From Promethearchaeum syntrophicum (lineage in GTDB: Archaea > Asgardarchaeota > Lokiarchaeia > Sigyniarchaeales > Promethearchaeaceae): a stretch of DNA of 32,000 nucleotides. Below the pieces are notes generated by a model that saw only the letters and a list, made by a program, of their open reading frames with translations, ran no database searches and was not told the origin of the DNA. This document shows positions 28,579 through 32,000 of the stretch, piece after piece; positions within the stretch are counted from its first letter, which is position 1; every line of letters starts with the position of its first letter. A program made the position numbers and the translations under genes. The DNA lies in the NCBI RefSeq assembly GCF_008000775.2, contig NZ_CP042905.2:1980001-2012000 (forward strand), written 5' to 3'.

Positions 28579-29808
28579 ATGGGTCGAAATTATAATTATA
28601 GGAACACAATTCAGAATATTTTCCAAGAGAAAAACCTACAAAGGATAATTTTAGATATTCTTGATGAATTATTTAAAATAACCAAGACGGAAATGCCAGA
28701 ATTCTTAGGAAAGAAATATTGGAATTCAGTGTTAAAATTCAACATATCGCGAGAAAAAGATATCCCAAAAGGACTACATTTCGAAATAAATATAAACGCC
28801 CGTAAAAAACTGGGGGATCAAAAATATAATCTAATAATTGCCCAAATCCAACCCTTTGCAGAAAAACTCATGGAAAATTTACCAACAATTACTAATATTC
28901 AATCATGTGTGAATATCACACCCGCTTTAAATTTTACACCAAATCTAAAATCCTTAAAGATAAATTTTTGCCCAACTTTATCAGAAATTCCACCTAATAT
29001 CGAGTTATTGTCCAATCTGCAGACTTTATTTATTTCATGTTGCCCGAAATTTTTAAATTTACCCGATTGCCTTCCAAATCTGCCAGAATTAAACACAATC
29101 ATTTTGGAAGATCTACCAAAACTTATTTCTCTTCCCTCATCACTGGCACAAATCCCAAAACTATCTCTTATTCAAATATATGAGTGTAATAATCTTCAAT
29201 CCCTTCCCTCATCACTATCAAAAATCCCGTGGCTTAAATTGAATATGAATTATTGCGATCACTTCAAATTTGCTTATGATTTCCCAAAATCACTATGGAA
29301 TTCAATTCACATCAAATATTGTCACTCTGAGGAAACTTATTTATCTCCCGAATACGCTAAATTTAGAACAGATATAGAGACTTTTAGAGATAGTTGTGAA
29401 CGAGGTCGACCTTTACATAATGATGAACGGGATCAGAAATTATCTTGGCAAAAAGTCGAATTGTGGCTTCCAAATATTCCCTCATCAGCATTTGAAGAAC
29501 TCAAATATTGCATTGCCTACATAGTTCAAGTTCTTGGAGATGAAATACATCCCCCCAATTCAGGTCAATTAAGGGGTACATATCCCAATTATTGGAAAGA
29601 TTTCCTACCTAATATTTCATTTTTCGATGAAGATTTCTGGAAAAAACATGGTTATATGTCTCAATCTGTAATTCAAATGCTCGAAAATTGGGTAATTTAT
29701 TATCGATCCAGACCTAAATTGCAGCATTTTTTAATGAATATTATATCTGAAGAAAGAGGATTTTTTAATGTTCATATTAATGACCGCAATATAAATCTGT
29801 TAAAATAA
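28579..29808 (+). CDS. Leucine-rich-repeat protein with unassigned N- and C-terminal domains
   Basis: LKSLKINFCPTLSEIPPNIELLSNLQTLFISCCPKFLNLPDCLPNLPELNTIILEDLPKLISLPSSLAQIPKLSLIQIYECNNLQSLPSSL. The ORF track starts upstream at 28498; the in-frame ATG at 28579 (MGRNYNYRN) avoids overlap with the zinc-ribbon gene. Confidence 0.8.
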   Translation: MGRNYNYRNTIQNIFQEKNLQRIILDILDELFKITKTEMPEFLGKKYWNSVLKFNISREKDIPKGLHFEININARKKLGDQKYNLIIAQIQPFAEKLMENLPTITNIQSCVNITPALNFTPNLKSLKINFCPTLSEIPPNIELLSNLQTLFISCCPKFLNLPDCLPNLPELNTIILEDLPKLISLPSSLAQIPKLSLIQIYECNNLQSLPSSLSKIPWLKLNMNYCDHFKFAYDFPKSLWNSIHIKYCHSEETYLSPEYAKFRTDIETFRDSCERGRPLHNDERDQKLSWQKVELWLPNIPSSAFEELKYCIAYIVQVLGDEIHPPNSGQLRGTYPNYWKDFLPNISFFDEDFWKKHGYMSQSVIQMLENWVIYYRSRPKLQHFLMNIISEERGFFNVHINDRNINLLK

Positions 29809-29837
29809 AGTTTGACATTCATGATATGTTCCCGCCG

Positions 29838-29951
29838 ATGGGATGCAACTCCTTGGGATTTGTAAAAGCGTTTTTTGTTCTTCTTGGATCATCGCTAATT
29901 TTTGGATGGTCAATTTTTTTATTTTCCAATTCTATTAGTTTATTAAATTAG
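29838..29951 (+). CDS. Possible 37-aa single-TM mini-protein
   Basis: Manual translation: MGCNSLGFVKAFFVLLGSSLIFGWSIFLFSNSISLLN, between two LRR genes. Too short for the ORF track. Confidence 0.25.
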   Translation: MGCNSLGFVKAFFVLLGSSLIFGWSIFLFSNSISLLN

Positions 29952-29993
29952 TTAGAAATAAATATATAATAAAATCAAAATGGCGGGATAAAA

Positions 29994-31133
29994 ATGAGTC
30001 AAATCTTAAATGAAAATGATAGGAAGACGTTGAATTCTCTCGGTTCTCCCGTTTCTTCTCAAGAAATTAAGGAAGACAACTTATATTTAAGCTATTATAT
30101 TGAGAACGGGGATGTAGATACAATTATTCTTTGGGGCACATTTGTAAAACCCAACACTGCTTTCGGACATTTTCAATTAAGAGGTAGAAAAAAGCCCAAC
30201 CATATTCGTTTAACATCTTATGATAACACTGAAATACTAAAATTATTAACATGTTTCCATCATTTGGGCTCTCTTCATTTCTTTTTTTTCTTCGAATCAA
30301 CAGACTCACTTGAACTAATTGGAAATCTTAAATATCTTAGGAAATTATCGATCACAAACGATAATTCAATAAAATTACCCAATTCTTTAGAAAAACTTTC
30401 TAATCTCACTGATTTGGCAATTACAATTACAGAAAAGCCTTTTCCTTTTTCGGATTCACTAAAAAATCTCCAGAATCTTGAGAAATTTCATATCGGCACC
30501 GATCTCAAAAAATTTCCAGAATTCGTTTTGAATTTTAAAAAATTAAAATCCCTAAGCTTAGCATCAAATTCATTACTTTATATTCCTCCTTCCATAGGTG
30601 ATCTCCGAAATCTCCAAAAATTGAACTTATACAATAATAAAATATCATCGCTCCCACACACTATCGAAAACTTGCAGAATCTCACTCACATTAACATCGC
30701 ACGGAATAATTTTACCACAATTCCCGAATATATTAAAAACCTAAAAAATCTCAAATCGATCGATATAGACAAAAATCCGTTTGTTTCTCTTGAATCATTT
30801 AAATTTCTTTATTCCAATCGTAAATTAATTATAAATGGTAAACAGTCCATCGGTAGTCTCAATATTCCAAAAAAGATAAAAAATTTGTGGTTTGATGGAA
30901 AATATGATGAAATAATGCAATATTATACCCCTCCCATTACTGAAATAGCTCAAAAATATGCTCAAGATCCTAAATCTCTCACTGGTCTTGAATTTGAACG
31001 TCTGGAAACTGAAGCTACGAACGAGGTGCGCGATATTTTAGAACTATCCTTGCCTAAAGACGACTCAATGTTAAAAATTATAAATGATAAATTAAAATTT
31101 GGCTTAAGAAATGGCCTAAAATTAATGAGATGA
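29994..31133 (+). CDS. Leucine-rich-repeat protein with C-terminal helical extension
   Basis: Repeats LxxLxLxxNxLxxIPxxIxxLxNLxxLNLYNNKISSLPHTIENLQNLTHINIARNNFTTIPEYIKNLKNLKSIDIDKNPF; C-terminal YAQDPKSLTGLEFERLETEATNEVRDILE... is not LRR. Confidence 0.88.
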   Translation: MSQILNENDRKTLNSLGSPVSSQEIKEDNLYLSYYIENGDVDTIILWGTFVKPNTAFGHFQLRGRKKPNHIRLTSYDNTEILKLLTCFHHLGSLHFFFFFESTDSLELIGNLKYLRKLSITNDNSIKLPNSLEKLSNLTDLAITITEKPFPFSDSLKNLQNLEKFHIGTDLKKFPEFVLNFKKLKSLSLASNSLLYIPPSIGDLRNLQKLNLYNNKISSLPHTIENLQNLTHINIARNNFTTIPEYIKNLKNLKSIDIDKNPFVSLESFKFLYSNRKLIINGKQSIGSLNIPKKIKNLWFDGKYDEIMQYYTPPITEIAQKYAQDPKSLTGLEFERLETEATNEVRDILELSLPKDDSMLKIINDKLKFGLRNGLKLMR

Positions 31134-31200
31134 CTACTACTAAAATCTTTCAAAATAATTAACAAAAAAAAAAAATTTAAAAAACTAATATTGCTGGAAC

Positions 31201-31719
31201 TTAATCTACTTCGCGTTCAATATAATCAAAGAAATCATAAATCCATGCCCGAGGTTTCGAGGCTAACTTCAAACTACCGTCAACCTTGCAATCTCCACTG
31301 AAGAACTCTGCGTCTGTGTTTGGATTACCTTTCATTATTTTTAATTGACAGGCAGGGGTCCAATCCATCCAGATTACATGCTTAACTGGTTGAACCGCTG
31401 CTGGATCATATGTTCCTGTATACATTGCGAGTTTTTGTTCTTCCGGAGTGAATTTAAGGATAAATTTCTTTTCACTACCCCGAACTTCAATAAAATAAGC
31501 AAGAGATTCATATTCTTCGAGATCACTTTCTAAATTTTCCCAATATTCCTGTTTATCTTCATCATCTGATTTTTTAGATGCAAGTGCTGCACCTACAATA
31601 GCTTTGAAGAATACTTCGGCATCTAAAGTCCCGTCGAATGTTCCGGTATCGAATTTTTTCACATATTCATCGATAGCGCTTATCATTTCTTCTGGTGTAA
31701 ACCATTTAGTAATTTCCAT
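31201..31719 (-). CDS. SCP2-like (sterol carrier/lipid-binding fold) protein
   Basis: HVIWMDWTPACQLKIMKGNPNTDAEFFSGDCKVDGSLKLASKPRAWIYDFFDYI resembles the SCP2 pattern (ADaxFSGDxxVxGdLxLA). Confidence 0.6.
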   Translation of the reverse strand: MEITKWFTPEEMISAIDEYVKKFDTGTFDGTLDAEVFFKAIVGAALASKKSDDEDKQEYWENLESDLEEYESLAYFIEVRGSEKKFILKFTPEEQKLAMYTGTYDPAAVQPVKHVIWMDWTPACQLKIMKGNPNTDAEFFSGDCKVDGSLKLASKPRAWIYDFFDYIEREVD

Positions 31720-31752
31720 TTTTTAAGATCACCTTGTAATAAAATAGATTTT

Positions 31753-31766
31753 AACCTATTTAGGTT
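31753..31766. promoter_or_regulatory. Perfect palindrome AACCTA-TT-TAGGTT at the expected TSS of the SCP2-like gene
   Basis: 14-bp palindrome lying between a minus-strand TATA-like box (31788-31798) and the start codon at 31719. Confidence 0.35.
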
Positions 31767-31787
31767 GTTTGAAAAATATGCGGTAGC

Positions 31788-31798
31788 GTATAAAAAGC
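31788..31798 (-). promoter_or_regulatory. Candidate TATA box for the SCP2-like gene
   Basis: Minus strand reads GCTTTTTATACGC, about 70 nt upstream of the start codon. Confidence 0.35.
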
Positions 31799-31875
31799 TT
31801 TTTTTCAGAATCCCATAGGAAAGAGTAAAAAGTTTAAAATATCGAGAAAGGGTAGAAAAAAAATCTAGAATGAAA

Positions 31876-32000
31876 TTAGAGATCGATTAAACCTTTCGAA
31901 ATCATACCATTTATCATATCATCGAATATTTTATCGATATTTTTACCAATTCGTGCTGAAGTTTCAAGATATCCGATATTAAGTTCATTTGCAAGGCTTA
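31876..32000 (-). CDS. Ras-superfamily small GTPase, C-terminal 41 codons only (N-terminal part is outside the window)
   Basis: Reverse-strand reading from the window edge: SLANELNIGYLETSARIGKNIDKIFDDMINGMISKGLIDL*. ETSA is the G5 motif, followed by the typical final helix (GKNIDKIFDDMI). Not in the supplied ORF track. Confidence 0.82.
   Translation of the reverse strand, partial: SLANELNIGYLETSARIGKNIDKIFDDMINGMISKGLIDL

Noticed and set aside
31129-31200. Poly-A/T tract considered as an integration scar or terminator hairpin
   Set aside because: Simple A-run between convergent genes with no hairpin or flanking direct repeats; at most a T-rich archaeal terminator.
1-32000. Searched for tRNA/rRNA, CRISPR arrays, transposases and classical defence operons
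   Set aside because: None recognised by eye. The lone methyltransferase is not enough to call a restriction-modification system. A tRNAscan/Infernal run would be needed to exclude small RNAs.

Overview
AT-rich, gene-dense archaeal-type window. The gene content (Ras-superfamily small GTPase C-terminus, longin-like domain proteins, archaeal/ER-type signal peptidases, dolichol-kinase-like protein, LRR proteins) suggests an Asgard-type archaeon; this is inference, as no rRNA or other marker is present. I read about 24 coding genes. They include a 5'-truncated aldehyde:ferredoxin oxidoreductase, a secreted parallel beta-helix protein, a 1953-aa single-pass surface protein with a cytoplasmic longin-like domain plus winged-helix-like tail, and pyrE followed by two tandem signal peptidase I genes. 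They also include an alpha/beta hydrolase, an orphan beta-class DNA methyltransferase, an M28/QC-like peptidase, a Sir2-GNAT pair, a diaminopropionate-ammonia-lyase-like PLP enzyme, iorBA, a GLYK-like kinase with a coiled-coil protein, DUF202 and DUF2061 proteins, a dolichol-kinase-like protein, a small longin-like protein, a zinc-ribbon membrane protein, two LRR proteins, an SCP2-like protein, and the C-terminal 41 codons of a small GTPase missed by the ORF track. The most interesting candidates are: (1) the giant receptor-like protein, whose cytoplasmic domain resembles the 139-aa stand-alone protein at 26873-27292; (2) the LRR / mini-TM ORF / LRR / SCP2-like / small GTPase neighbourhood at 28.5-32 kb; (3) an ~850-bp non-coding gap at 15.8-16.65 kb with a TATA-like box, clustered inverted repeats and a diverged direct repeat. 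I saw no CRISPR array, transposase, tRNA or rRNA. All family calls come from motifs read by eye; no database search was run.
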